From: a virus
Strand: one strand, 5' to 3'
DNA length: 64,000 nt
Virus genome (UHGV): UHGV-0038016
The position numbers and the translations under genes were made by a program. The notes below the pieces were generated by a model. That model had not been told where the DNA came from. It saw only the letters and a list, made by a program, of their open reading frames with translations, and did not search any database. Shown here one piece after another: positions 10,401-21,600 of the stretch. The first letter of the stretch is position 1; each line of letters begins with the position of its first letter.

Positions 10401-13400
10401 CTTAATAATAATGAATAAGCTGTAGAATCATTACCCTTGATCTGGCTCCAAGCATATTGAGTTGGATCATGAGGTTGTTCGCTTTCTCCTCCAACATAAA
10501 CACCCATATATTTATATGAATCAATGTTAGGAGTTCTTGTATCTCCTTTTTCTAGTTTTATCCAATCTATGGTAACTGCCCCAATTGTAGATTGTGGCAC
10601 CTGATAGATACTTAATACATCAGTTACGCCAGTATCCATAATAGCCTGTGTGACTTTAAATGTGAGTTGCCAAACGTCAGACAAACCTTCTACAGGTTTC
10701 ATATTACCAACACCCATTGCTCCGCCTAACAAATAAACACCGAATTGTTGTGTAGCTGGTTTAGTTGCCTTCATGGTAATTGTATATGTTTGATTCAATT
10801 GATACTTTTCAATATTTTTACCTAGGTATATATTATATGAACTGGTACTATAAGGAAATACTTTTTTAGGATCAGTAATATTCTCACCTAAAGCCACCTT
10901 ACTCAAATAATACGGTGCATCTAGTAGATTTGGCTGGTATGGGGTGGCTTTATCCCCTTTTTCGATTTTGATAGTATATCTAATGTTTAATTTACCTTTA
11001 AACTCTGTATTAGAAAGATTCGCTTGAAGCCATACAGACTTACAGTTATTAATTAAATCAGGTATAATATGATTCCCATCCATTGTTGTTAATGTATACC
11101 ATTTATTGGCTACAGGATTAGTAACGTCTCCAATTAGTACACCTTGTGCAACTGGAGCTGGGCTTCCATCTGGCTTATTGATACGATAACTCATACGGAT
11201 TCTTCCTGTCCATGTAGTATCAGTACTTACTTCTGCAGACAGAGTATAGTTTTGATTAGCTTCAAGTAAAGGAAGTGGATGACTAAAACCAGCATATACA
11301 TTCATATCACCACTATGTTTACTAAAATCAAAGCTTACATATTCGCTATTTACATCAGCCTTCGTAATACCTGCGCCCATTAAATCCCAATCATCTAATG
11401 AGAGCGGTCTCATAAAATTATAGTTCCCACTATAATCATAATTTCCAAAATCTTTTGAATTAGAATACTTTGTATAAGTATATGTTTCTTTCCCTGCTTT
11501 AGATTTAGCCACACTTAATATTTTTTCAATCTTAATATTTTTATAAGTAGCTTCAAAGACTGCTATAGCAGAATCTTTGCTCATTTCAGTCATATTATAT
11601 ACTCCAGTAGAAGCATTAATATTAAAGGTTCCTCCTGACTTATTCTTTAATGTATAAACAACGTTTCTACCAGTAACATCTGATAATCCATCAAATACCT
11701 TAAACGTTCCTGAAGCCTCTGAGAAGCTCTCAACAATACCATTTTTATCAGCAGGTAATGTTACAGATTCATTTGTTAATAATCCAGTTATTGAATCAGC
11801 ACCATCTTTACCTTCTTTAACAGAAATAATTGTTTGCTTATCAATAAATGATTCAAATGTAGCAGTAACTACTAAAGAAGTCCAATTTTTATCCCAAGAG
11901 GAAGTAGAAAATGTTCTTATGTTTCCTGTCCCACCCAATGTTATTGCTGTTTGCGGTCTTGCTCCAATATATGGAGTGGCACTAAAAGTAGCAGTTCCTG
12001 TCATATTTTGCATATTAGCTTGAAGAGTTATAGTATCTGACTGAATAGAAGAATCTTGATTAATTTTAACAGTATTTGAAGAAGTTGATAAAATTAATGT
12101 TTTTGCAGATTCACCGTCAGAGCCCATAGAACGTGCCCAAGCGTAGTTCTTAGGGTTGTCGCTACCTTCCACATTGAAGTCAGAGTATGTTCCGGTGTAT
12201 GACGGATAAGCATTATCATAGTCTTCTTTTGGGGACGGGGTATCAATAGTTACTTTATTACCCAACTCGAATTTAACATTTTTAACGGAGGGTATCCGCC
12301 CAGTATCATAAGTACCATAAAAAGCTAACATAGCTTGTTTCATTTCCATATTTGAAGCTTTAGGTTTAAATGTGTGTGAATATCTTTTATATTCAGTAGT
12401 AGCTTGAATAGTATTTGATCCTATATCATACCTAGTACCTGAACCGTTTTGAGAGTAAACGTTAATTCCACCAGCCACTTTTGACTTCAAATCAAACGAT
12501 ACCGAGTATTCCCTATCCAATCCATATTTATCGATAATCGGAGCCATATCCCAATCAGGACTGTTAACAAATTCTCGACTTCCAGTACGTTCTGCCCTAG
12601 ACTTTACAAACAAGTTCTCATTAGGGTAATCCTTAGTAAACCTGTCAGTACCATCAGCGGACCAAGCATAAGCAGTGTGTACGTGAGAAGTTTCCCCATC
12701 ATTCCCTCGTATCAGACTCCAAGTATAATCGGATGGATTAGTACTGTTATCTTGCGTAAAGTCTGTGTACTGACCGATGTAGATAGGCCAGTCAGCAGTT
12801 GTGACTTCGCTATCTGAGGGCATATATGGAGTAGAGGTTGAGCTTAGTTCGTACTTATGACCGGCAGTCCATAAAATTGAATCCGTTCCAGTGCCTGATA
12901 TTTCGTATCTAATCCATACCTCATCATTAGCTTTTAAATTTAAAGTTACACTATCTCTAGTCCAGTCAAAGTTATTGCCTATTTTCTGTTGTATTGTGGC
13001 TTGAGATGATGCAGCATTTACTCCACCATATCTATACACATTTGCGGAATTTCCTGAACTTTTTATATAAGCTGAAAATGTGTAAACACCATCTTTAGGT
13101 GCAGTAAATGTTTTATAAATACCGTTCCATGACCAGGTTCGTTTTTTAACAGTTAAGCCTTTATATGTTCCATCAGTCACCCAATCGCTTGAATTTTTCC
13201 AAGTACCGCTAAAATCTTTAGTCCCATCCAATAAATTTAGATTCGGATAAACAGTCGTGAAACCGTCTACGCCATCAGCACTATTTGCATAAGCAATATG
13301 TGTATATTGCGTTTCTCCGGTATCGCCTTTGATAAGATTCCAAGAATACTTAGCTGGATTTGATGAGTCTGCTTGAACGAAGTCAGTATAGTTTCCTAGA

Positions 13401-14386
13401 TACTTATAATCATCAATATTGGGAGTTCGGGCGTTGCCTTTTTCAATTTTTAACCATTTTATGGTACATGAACCTAAAGGAGTATTTGGCGTTTGAGAAA
13501 GATATACCCATTTTGCGTTTTCCCCTAGCTGAGTTATTGTCACAGTGGTAACCCATGTATCAGCCAATCCTTCAACTGGTTTAAAGATACCGAATTGTTT
13601 TTGAGCCAAATAAACTCGAATAGCTTGTGAGGCAGGTTTAGTCGCTCCTATCGTCACAGTATAAGTTTCACCTAAAACAAAATCCTCTGATGCATTTTTT
13701 GCATAGATTGCCTCGCTACTAGTTGTGATTGGAAATTCAACCGTTGGGTCAGCAATATTCTCTCCCAGTGGAATAGTGTTAAAGTACCATGGATCACCTT
13801 TAATATTAGGCTGATATGGAGTGGCTGTTGAACCTTCTTCAATTTTGATATTTCTTACCCTAACTTTACCAGACGGCTTAAGGTTCCGAATATCCCTAAA
13901 TAATGGATACCATTCACCTGGTAAGCTAGAACCGTATGTTACCGTTCGTGTTCCAATAAGCTTCTGCCATTTATTCAATTCATTTTTAGGAACTGTATCT
14001 GTCTGCAAAGCAGTAATACCACCAGGCAAGTATGCGTGTAGTAGTTTTATTCCAGATGGGTCACCTGTGAAACCCGTTTCTAACATGATTTCACAGCTAA
14101 TTGTGTATTGTTTTCCTTCTACTAGAGGTGTTTGTGCTCCGAGAGTATACTTCGATAGTTGATTTGTGCCATCTAAGGTGAACACAATTTCATCATTATC
14201 ATCCGCGACTGTTGCGCCAGTACCTGAAGAAAAACTTGAAGCATTAAGTTTAGCGCTAAGGTTAGGATTCCCACTATAATCATAAGTACCGAAGTCAGTG
14301 CTGTTAGTATAAGCTGTATGAAAATATGAAGTTCTACCATCATCAACGTTCGTTATAGTGATTTCACCACGTGAAACTGTAGTCAT
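7493..14386 (-). CDS. giant tail fibre / host-specificity protein (2297 aa) with repeated carbohydrate-binding-like modules and an internal ~170-aa duplication
   Basis: Single 6.9 kb ORF. Recurrent modules of the form Y(T/A)W(S/N)xIKG...YTH(I/T)AYAxSADG...FT...YPN and TPNID(D/S)YKY(L/M)G. Two homologous blocks begin at GENIADPTVEFPITTSS and GENITDPKKVFPYSTSS. Confidence 0.65.
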   Translation of the reverse strand: MTTVSRGEITITNVDDGRTSYFHTAYTNSTDFGTYDYSGNPNLSAKLNASSFSSGTGATVADDNDEIVFTLDGTNQLSKYTLGAQTPLVEGKQYTISCEIMLETGFTGDPSGIKLLHAYLPGGITALQTDTVPKNELNKWQKLIGTRTVTYGSSLPGEWYPLFRDIRNLKPSGKVRVRNIKIEEGSTATPYQPNIKGDPWYFNTIPLGENIADPTVEFPITTSSEAIYAKNASEDFVLGETYTVTIGATKPASQAIRVYLAQKQFGIFKPVEGLADTWVTTVTITQLGENAKWVYLSQTPNTPLGSCTIKWLKIEKGNARTPNIDDYKYLGNYTDFVQADSSNPAKYSWNLIKGDTGETQYTHIAYANSADGVDGFTTVYPNLNLLDGTKDFSGTWKNSSDWVTDGTYKGLTVKKRTWSWNGIYKTFTAPKDGVYTFSAYIKSSGNSANVYRYGGVNAASSQATIQQKIGNNFDWTRDSVTLNLKANDEVWIRYEISGTGTDSILWTAGHKYELSSTSTPYMPSDSEVTTADWPIYIGQYTDFTQDNSTNPSDYTWSLIRGNDGETSHVHTAYAWSADGTDRFTKDYPNENLFVKSRAERTGSREFVNSPDWDMAPIIDKYGLDREYSVSFDLKSKVAGGINVYSQNGSGTRYDIGSNTIQATTEYKRYSHTFKPKASNMEMKQAMLAFYGTYDTGRIPSVKNVKFELGNKVTIDTPSPKEDYDNAYPSYTGTYSDFNVEGSDNPKNYAWARSMGSDGESAKTLILSTSSNTVKINQDSSIQSDTITLQANMQNMTGTATFSATPYIGARPQTAITLGGTGNIRTFSTSSWDKNWTSLVVTATFESFIDKQTIISVKEGKDGADSITGLLTNESVTLPADKNGIVESFSEASGTFKVFDGLSDVTGRNVVYTLKNKSGGTFNINASTGVYNMTEMSKDSAIAVFEATYKNIKIEKILSVAKSKAGKETYTYTKYSNSKDFGNYDYSGNYNFMRPLSLDDWDLMGAGITKADVNSEYVSFDFSKHSGDMNVYAGFSHPLPLLEANQNYTLSAEVSTDTTWTGRIRMSYRINKPDGSPAPVAQGVLIGDVTNPVANKWYTLTTMDGNHIIPDLINNCKSVWLQANLSNTEFKGKLNIRYTIKIEKGDKATPYQPNLLDAPYYLSKVALGENITDPKKVFPYSTSSYNIYLGKNIEKYQLNQTYTITMKATKPATQQFGVYLLGGAMGVGNMKPVEGLSDVWQLTFKVTQAIMDTGVTDVLSIYQVPQSTIGAVTIDWIKLEKGDTRTPNIDSYKYMGVYVGGESEQPHDPTQYAWSQIKGNDSTAYSLLLSSQVMSLPRGASKLVPENITISGMAQTGDKSIENIKSRIVVEETTNGTTWTTKYDADALTYTYTPSSLNVLSARVKMYVAGAKNVQLDQKSINIVKDGSNGSNGSSSYTWIRYSENANGNPMTTTPNSKTKYIGIAITQTSTAPSAYGDYTWSRIKGSGGLVAKVYSNGGTNIEQSPIQINVETQSDGDIVEPDKVTWYMSKDSSVEWTVITAGNGITLNKKYIVVEPVVFLEANSISFKAQVEYNSMAAFDYMTVNNKSFDATKPLILRQPTAPLNPYPGLLWLDTSSGSGDPLDKTNPSLVYRWGKSAIESVIGTEYAHYAYANTPTGYQEDGVTPDPGFSVTYNSSQKPMYIGYCVTDTAPDPTTPSSYNWKSITTENGSEDVNGAKGIAQEKIETTYEWGWVVLSASDLEMLPWLNNEDGSTIIDWIYQITQKTSDDSIVQTVVGSEDMSKVYAKTDAVDELSSANHELSDKIEEYNKQMQEAFAGIDTTYVNKSEFEQEMNKFNFGIDKAGGVNLIRNSTGFQWEDTAPSDEMLTNPKFEGTISTTGLNDNGWVYNDTGMGQIIGAENDFPEYNIMRIGGTNSRTKYSYSKNIPVTPGQLINISGQARIPNTIGDTQHIYVSIRFYGAASDPSANSEADTIGDGQGFIYLFTDKKHNAGSIFETDSYTVKTNNIVQDIWSNYSVNVTIPSGAAFMKVCLYNSSTTVTDYFDFRKPSVVLYSGMFDFWHKNDSANAQIRQILGDESLEELGLIAGFELKGLRYKLDQDILLPNPNTEYTLSWYANKINQSGKSKYYVKVLNTKTGEEIAVSEASADTIGYQRMSVTFSVTNTSAVTIRIGLEGEGSADATLSAAGLMINIGPYPLSWQSHHEEVYSTNVRIDSSGLKVFNSDYDGYNVMTPREFAGYYRNGEVYERVFTLNKDTTKVKKLEAQERFMMKPVQIVSVDSPTIKGWAFVGYNGEDTD

Positions 14387-14539
14387 CTAATCACCCTCTT
14401 CTTTAATTTCCTCAAAGGATTCGATATAAGTATCCATACCATATTTAGTCCATAAATATTCGATAGGATTTCCATCTGTACTAAATTCAATTTTTGTCCG
14501 TTCATTATTTAAAATGATATAAGCAATATAGTTCGTCAT
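14387..14539 (-). CDS. unannotated small acidic ORF (50 aa, MTNYIAYIILNNERTKIEF...), coupled between two tail genes
   Basis: The ATG overlaps the stop of the upstream gene as ATGA. Its TAG stop abuts the ATG of the 2297-aa gene. Possible fibre-assembly chaperone; this is speculative. Confidence 0.3.
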   Translation of the reverse strand: MTNYIAYIILNNERTKIEFSTDGNPIEYLWTKYGMDTYIESFEEIKEEGD

Positions 14540-15651
14540 TTGTTTTCTACCTCCACTTTGAATGTTGTTGTATTATCTACATCAGCACTTCCAACTGACA
14601 GCGATTTTCCAGTTTTATAAGCATTGCTTGTGCCGCCGAAGTTTGATACCATTGCGTTATTTTGCCACTTAGACCATTTATAGGTATATCCTGTACCGCC
14701 CGAATCGATTTCTTCTCCATTTTGGTACAATCGTGCTTTCAAAGTAGTAGATCCTACGCCATTCTTCAAAATGTTCCCTCCGGAGGACTCAATAACTACC
14801 ATAATTGGATCGTCCATGTCCATTAAAGTTACATACTGCTTCATTTTAGTTCCAGAAGTTCCTCCAGCATTATCTGTGACAACACACAAGAATGTTTGTC
14901 CATTTGTTACTGCATCTGGGTAGACCGTTAAAACTCCTTGAGCTGTAACTGCAACATCAAATCCCGAACTTGCAACAGCCCCTGATGTTCCTGTGGTTGC
15001 TGTAATTTTTCTCCAACCAACTCCAGCGTCAGGATCTTGAGATGTTGAAACGCTTGAATCTGCTGCGAACCATTTATATTTTCGAGAGCCATTGCTTAAA
15101 TCCCCATCCTTATAAACATCAGCAGTTAACTTCAGACTAGAAGGCGTATTATTTCGGAAGTAATTTCCATTAGGCGTACTCAAAACTGCTACTACTGCAG
15201 CTTTAGCTAGTTGAATAAGATTAATGTCGATAGTCGCTTGAAAAGTAATTGGTAGCGAAGTATCTGGGTCTGTATATATTCCCTCAACCGTCCAACGTAC
15301 AGCACTATTTGTTGTTGGGACGTTTACTTTTGTTGTCAACACACTGTTTGATGTGCCGCCCTTATACTCACTATCAGTATTTGTTGTAGAAGTTATTTCA
15401 GTAGTTGTTGCCCCTACTGTCTTTTTCCATTTAACATCTGATACAGCGGAGCCAATTAAGCTTCCTGTTCCACCTGCTTTTGTTAAGTTAAGTGTTAAAA
15501 CTTGTGCAGAGGACCCAAAATTGGGTGAATATGTGTTAGTTGTATTGTTGTATGTTTGAGTTGTTGTTTGACTTGCTGAAATCCATGCATTTAATGCAGG
15601 AGCATCATACAAATCAATAATTGTAATTTGACCGCTTGAAATTGTTGCCAT
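14536..15651 (-). CDS. tail / baseplate protein with Ig-like T/S-rich repeats (371 aa)
   Basis: ORF in the tail module between the Dit-like protein and the giant fibre. Thr/Ser/Gly-rich beta repeats. Confidence 0.5.
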   Translation of the reverse strand: MATISSGQITIIDLYDAPALNAWISASQTTTQTYNNTTNTYSPNFGSSAQVLTLNLTKAGGTGSLIGSAVSDVKWKKTVGATTTEITSTTNTDSEYKGGTSNSVLTTKVNVPTTNSAVRWTVEGIYTDPDTSLPITFQATIDINLIQLAKAAVVAVLSTPNGNYFRNNTPSSLKLTADVYKDGDLSNGSRKYKWFAADSSVSTSQDPDAGVGWRKITATTGTSGAVASSGFDVAVTAQGVLTVYPDAVTNGQTFLCVVTDNAGGTSGTKMKQYVTLMDMDDPIMVVIESSGGNILKNGVGSTTLKARLYQNGEEIDSGGTGYTYKWSKWQNNAMVSNFGGTSNAYKTGKSLSVGSADVDNTTTFKVEVENK

Positions 15652-16500
15652 TTATTCCATCTCCTTTATATCTTCGATAATGTCGCAGCTAAACGTTGCA
15701 CGTTTATTAACATCATCTGTTTCAATTATTATGCTTTTTGTACCACCAGCATGCATTGCATTCCATATTAAATCTGGCGATCCATCAGCATTTGTTTTAG
15801 TCCATCTAAACTGATTTGCGTCTAATAAATCAGTAATATTTTCATTTCCTTTAAAAACGATTGCATGAATAATAGTTGAAATTACCCCATTTTTAAAAAT
15901 TAAACCGTTTGATGATATAAGTTCTACATTGTATGGACTCTCTCCATCTTCTCCAGGAGTACCTTGTTTTACTTTTGCAATCTTAGCTACTTTTGTCAAA
16001 GTAGTTGTTTTATACTTAGCAATAAAAGTTATTTCTCCTGAGTCTACAGTCATTCCTGACACTTTATAAGTGTCCTTTGAAGAACTTAAACTCCCTTGAA
16101 TTCCTGCAGTTACTTCAACAGAAATATCCCATTCTGATGTATTTTCTCTTGTTCCTTCAAACAAAATAATTGACGTACTAGCATTAGAGAAATTACCATT
16201 ATTCCCATCTGCATCTGTATTAACAGCAATAAATTCATCAGTTAAGAGACCACTATAAGAATTTTGTCCATCTGAACCATCTTCACCCTTAATTTTAGTC
16301 CAGATATATTCACTTGGGTTCTCGGAAGGTTTATTTTTTGTGCTTGTATAAACCCCCATATATTTTGTATCTTCTGTTGGTCTTTCTGTCATAGGATTTC
16401 CATCTGGGTTTGCTGAAAATCTCCAGAATATATATTGACTTTGTCCGTCAATTACTTTTGAAATACCAGCAGAAGCTGTACCTACTTGAGTTAATGACAT
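15652..16500 (-). CDS. tail protein with phage-tail repeat module (282 aa)
   Basis: Contains YIFWRFSANPDGNPMTERPTEDTKYMGVYTSTKNKPSENPSEYIWTKIKGEDG. The same module recurs in the 2297-aa and 793-aa proteins. Confidence 0.5.
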   Translation of the reverse strand: MSLTQVGTASAGISKVIDGQSQYIFWRFSANPDGNPMTERPTEDTKYMGVYTSTKNKPSENPSEYIWTKIKGEDGSDGQNSYSGLLTDEFIAVNTDADGNNGNFSNASTSIILFEGTRENTSEWDISVEVTAGIQGSLSSSKDTYKVSGMTVDSGEITFIAKYKTTTLTKVAKIAKVKQGTPGEDGESPYNVELISSNGLIFKNGVISTIIHAIVFKGNENITDLLDANQFRWTKTNADGSPDLIWNAMHAGGTKSIIIETDDVNKRATFSCDIIEDIKEME

Positions 16501-16529
16501 CTTGTTCCCTCCTTTATCTCTATATTTAT

Positions 16530-18515
16530 CTACTCATTACGATATATTTTACATGTTACATAAACATTATCGTTTTCAGGGATATCTCCCCATTCTAATA
16601 TAATAGATTCTCCATATTTGGGCCATACTGTACTTGTAGTAAAAGGTTCCATTGGACCAATCATTCTAGAACTATTATCTATCAATTCTAAATTCCACAC
16701 AAAAGTGTAATTAGAAGTATCAGTTATTTTCATTTGTCCTAAATAAGCTTCTATTTGTAATGAAGTTGGTTCACCATTTTTTAATTGCGTATTGCCCAAG
16801 ATAACTCCTGTAATTGGGTCAGTAGAATCAATTAAAGTAGTTGTTGCAGCTCCCTTAAATTCTTCAAAGTAAGCTACCACCTTGATAGAAATACTCCCGT
16901 TAAAGCCATTTCCAGAAATAGATAGAATATTTGTATCATATCCATTTAAAGCTCCATTCAAATTATTTGTCTCGCTAATTAGAGACCAGCCTACTCCACC
17001 ATCTTTATCATAATAAGGACTAGAAGAATTAACTGATTCATCTGCATAAAACCATTTTCTATTACTTAATAAAGAAAGAACATCCTTATCAGCAAAATAT
17101 GCTTGTAATGATACCAAGAGAAGAGATTGTTGTTTATTTTTAATAGTTGTGCCGTATGGATGAAGAACATTAACTAAAAGAGCATTCTTTCCATCTTCCC
17201 CATCTTCTCCATTAGATACATAAGAGAAGTCTAAAGACAAAGAATCCTCAAGGGTTAATCTATATTCTTCACTATAATAAGATACTTTACAATCAATCAT
17301 CATTGTGGGGTTTTCTGAGTCCATTAAATTTCTTTTGATAAACAAAGCGTTGTTTTGAATTTCAAACCTACCATCATTAGTAATTAATTCTCCATTATAA
17401 TACCATTTATGTGTTACTAAAGAAGTAATATCATCTGCTCCTTTTAGAGTCTTGGCTTGAATGACTTGATTTTGTATAGTATAATCTGGTATAATATTTT
17501 TAGTGGTTGGGTCAAACGTTTGAGTTCTACTTAACTTAGGAGTTAAACTTAATTTAATATTTTCTATATCATTTAAATCAACTATAGTTATTGTATCTTG
17601 TGCTACCATTGCTTCTTCTACATATAATTGTACCACAAATACTTGTTTAATGTCAACATCCTCTGATGTAATAGGAATACTTTTACCAGTCTTAGACCAA
17701 TTAGGTAAAATAGAACCATCATCTTTCATTTTATACCATCTAATATTTTCTGGTTCGAATGATGAAGTTATAGTTTTTTTACCTCTCATAGCAATTACTT
17801 GCAAAATAGTATTGATTACACCATTTTTAAAACTCTCACCATTTGTTGAAACAATATCAGCCTTATAAGTAATTTCATTTCTTAATGCCTCTTGGATTAA
17901 AACTCTTACTGAGGTATCTTCAGTTAAATAATTAGATAAAACTTGTCTTACTGTATTTCCATCAACCTCTGTGGTAGTTTCCATATTTTCTAAAATAACA
18001 TTCATTAATGATTCTAAAGTTTTATATTTAGAATTTAAGCCAGTTAAATCAATTTCTGGATAAGGCGCAGAATTATTTAAAATCTCCTGATAAGACTTTT
18101 TAATTTGTTCCCATTGGATTTGTAAAGATTGTTTTTCTACTGGGGTAATTTTATTATCTGAAATTAAATCGTTAAAATTGTTAATAATATCCTGAATCAT
18201 ACCAAGAGTAGAATCAGATAGTCCATTTGCATTTGTTGTTATAGTTGGAGTCCTATCATTAGTTTTACCAATAATAAACTTGACCCCATCTAATCTTCCT
18301 TTAGGAAGCATTACATATACAGAATCTCCAGCATTATATCGTCCACCCATAGAACTTGCTAGAATTTCAATATTTTGATAAGAAACTTTATAAGCGTCGC
18401 TTGATTCAACACGTTCAATTACTGTACCAATTACAGTATCTGTAGATGATTGTTTTTCTATTTCGTTTCTTGCAATTAATCGAATCGCATCAAAAAGCTC
18501 TTGGCTTTTATCCAT
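16530..18515 (-). CDS. putative distal tail protein (Dit-like, 661 aa, extended)
   Basis: First gene after the tape measure gene, as in siphoviruses. Assignment is by position only. Confidence 0.45.
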   Translation of the reverse strand: MDKSQELFDAIRLIARNEIEKQSSTDTVIGTVIERVESSDAYKVSYQNIEILASSMGGRYNAGDSVYVMLPKGRLDGVKFIIGKTNDRTPTITTNANGLSDSTLGMIQDIINNFNDLISDNKITPVEKQSLQIQWEQIKKSYQEILNNSAPYPEIDLTGLNSKYKTLESLMNVILENMETTTEVDGNTVRQVLSNYLTEDTSVRVLIQEALRNEITYKADIVSTNGESFKNGVINTILQVIAMRGKKTITSSFEPENIRWYKMKDDGSILPNWSKTGKSIPITSEDVDIKQVFVVQLYVEEAMVAQDTITIVDLNDIENIKLSLTPKLSRTQTFDPTTKNIIPDYTIQNQVIQAKTLKGADDITSLVTHKWYYNGELITNDGRFEIQNNALFIKRNLMDSENPTMMIDCKVSYYSEEYRLTLEDSLSLDFSYVSNGEDGEDGKNALLVNVLHPYGTTIKNKQQSLLLVSLQAYFADKDVLSLLSNRKWFYADESVNSSSPYYDKDGGVGWSLISETNNLNGALNGYDTNILSISGNGFNGSISIKVVAYFEEFKGAATTTLIDSTDPITGVILGNTQLKNGEPTSLQIEAYLGQMKITDTSNYTFVWNLELIDNSSRMIGPMEPFTTSTVWPKYGESIILEWGDIPENDNVYVTCKIYRNE

Positions 18516-18604
18516 ATCATGTCAGCTCCTTTTTCTCTTTTTTCCTATTGAGATTAAAAAGAAAGGGCGAAAATAGTCGTATTTCCGCCCCTAGTTTTTA
18601 TATT

Positions 18605-21600
18605 CTATTTCTTTCCAACATAAGTTGATGCTTTGCCTAATAAGCCTTCGAACGCTGCTTCAATTTCACTTCGATCTCTAGCATTAGGGAAGTTTGGTGA
18701 AAGAGTAATGTTTTGTTCAACTGTACTCATTCTGTTACTATTTTGAATATTAGAGATATTAGAACTCATGTTTTGAATACTATTTTTTACAGAAGAACCT
18801 CTGCCCTTAATAGATTCCATTAGTCCTCTTTGCATTTTAACTGATTCTAAAATATTTTTTGTATCTTCTTTGTTAAGAATTAATTCTTTTTCATGTAAAA
18901 TTGCCATTCTACCCTCAGCATTATTAGTTGAATTGCTCCATGTTCCTGTATAACCACCACTGTCTAAAGATGCAGCTTTTTTAGTAGAACCTCCAGAAAC
19001 TTTATAAGAGCCATATCCAGCTAAAGTGCTGATTGCTGAACTGAAGTCAATGATACTATTTCTACCTTCTTTTGCATCACGTTTAACATTTCTAAACGCT
19101 CCAGCAGTATTATTAGTTTTACCAGTGATTCTATCAATATTTGTCATTGCTACTTTTGTAGGTTGGTCACTAAATGCATTAACTCGTTGGTAAGCGAATC
19201 TAGCTTCATTTCCCATTGCATTATATTTTACTGCTGAATTATAAGTTTTTCCACTTAATATATCAGTTTGTTTACCAGTATTTACCATTGAAGGCTGTAA
19301 TTGCTCATTCATAGTACGTTGCAATTGAACCATTGAACCAAACAGTCCTGAATTTCCATTTGAACCAATTAATCTGTTTTGAAGATTTAAAACACTATTT
19401 GATGTTGCATCAGTTTGTCTTTGACTTCTTAGCATTGCCTGAGTTTGTTTGTCAATAGTTGAAATAACTTGTTGAGAAGCTTGATTTGTTTGATTTAACA
19501 AATCATTTAATCTTCCTGTAGAGCTGCTATAGTCATTTAAAACTTTTGTAGCTTGAGACATATACTCAGCATAGGCATTTCCTAAGTTATTTACATTTTG
19601 TTGAGCAGTAGAAGTCCATTTATTACTTGCATCCATCATTGCTTCTGCAATATCCAGGTTATCTCCTAAGATTAATTCTAATAATTTATCCATTGTACCA
19701 CTAAGTTGATCGGCTGTCATACCAATAGAACTTGCAAAATCATCAAAGTCTCCGCTTAACATATCTTGAACTGTTAAAGTACCATCTTTCATTGCTGAGA
19801 AAATACTTGATAACGTATTTTTATCTACTCCTAGTTGATCTGGTGTAATAGTACCATTTGCAACCATACCTTGTAGATTACTTAATCCATCTTTTCCAGC
19901 ATTTTCTAACCATTTATTCATTTCATTAGTTTTATCTTTAATTTCATCTTCTGCTTCATCAAGAAGTTTTTGTAACTCTTTCTTATATTCTGCAGGATCT
20001 AATCCTTTATCTTGTAATTCTTTGATTTTGTCTTGATATTTAGAAATAGTATCAAATACACCTTTAGCAGATTCTCTCACCTTATCAGAATCAAAAGCAT
20101 ATAATTCATCTTTTTGTTTCTGTAAATCTGCGATTTCACTTGATAAATCTTCTGTTTCAGTTCTAACATATTCATAAGTCATGTTACCATTAGCATCACG
20201 AACTAATTGAGCTGTACGTTTTGCATTTTCTCGTTCCTGTAAAGCTAGTTCTTTTTGTTTAATATCATACATTTTCATTGCACGATCATAATCATCTTGA
20301 GAAACTTTATCTTGAGCCAAGAGAGCAGATAATTCTTTATCTCTAAAGTCTGCTAATTCTTTGGCGCGTTTAGGGTCTTGTGTTTTAGCAATTTCATCGT
20401 TAATTTCTTTGATTTTGCTACTGATATTTGTAAATTTTTCAAAGTTGCTGAAATATTTATCTTGTTTTTCAGTAAGTTTATCAAAATCATCAATGACTCC
20501 ATCTAATCCCCAAGTACCAAACATTTTTTGGAATCCATCCTCAACTGATTGAGTAAATAATTCAAAACGCTTTTGAGCTAACTCAAGTTTTTTCAATAAG
20601 GCATCGCTAATTGAATCAGCCATTTCGTTAATAGCATCATTTGCCTCATTCCAAGCATCTGATCCTTGTTTAACAGAATTTCGATATTTAATCATTCTAC
20701 GTTGAGCTTCCTGAAGATTCTTAACTTGACCATTAATCGCCTTCTCTTGGGTATCGAAATAACCAACAATTTTACCATAAGCTTTTGTACCATATAATTC
20801 TTCTGTTTTAGCTGCTAGTTGTCCAGCTTTTTCAAATAAATTATCATATCTATCATTAACCTTATTAATAGCTTCAATTGATTGTTTAACAAAGTCAGCC
20901 TGTACTTCTAATAATTCTTTATAACCACTTCTTGCTTTTGAAACTGCGTCGAGTAAGTTTTTATTATATTCTTGTAATAGATCTTGTCTATCAGAATCTG
21001 TTAAACCACGATCATTTCTAACTTGGTTCATCATAGATTGCCAATAAGAAACATTATCTAAAGCTTGTTTCATTTCTTTGCCGACGATTTGAGCTTTTTC
21101 ATCAAGGTCTGCATAAGAATCTTGCATTTCTTTAACAACATCTAAAACATCAGATTTGAATTCATCTTTGTCAACTCTAAGTTTAACAGTATATTCAATT
21201 CTTTCTCTAGCAATTTCAGAAAGTTGTTTTTTAATTTCATTTAATGTTTTTTGTTTATCTGGAATTAAATTAAATGTAATATCTTGGTAACGTGAAGCTT
21301 CTTCTTGAATCTTTTTAACAGCATCAATTGCGTCTTCTTTAGCGTCTCCGGTTTTAGAATTTGCGGCGTTTTGTAAATCAGTTAATTTTTGATTTAAATT
21401 ATCAATATCGCCATTAGCGCTAAATGTAAATCCTTGAGAAGCAAGTTTATTTCTTAACTCGTCTTGCTCTTTATTTAATTCAGCGGTATATTGTTTTAAT
21501 ACCCCTGCTTTTTGAGCTAATAATTGCTCTTCTTGCTTCATGATATTTAATCTATCATTGCCATAAGCAGCATCTTTAGCATCTGATAATTCAGAATAAC

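Noticed and set aside
7493-14386. Diversity-generating retroelement targeting the giant fibre gene
   Set aside because: No reverse transcriptase ORF and no template-repeat / variable-repeat pair with adenine-specific differences could be found.
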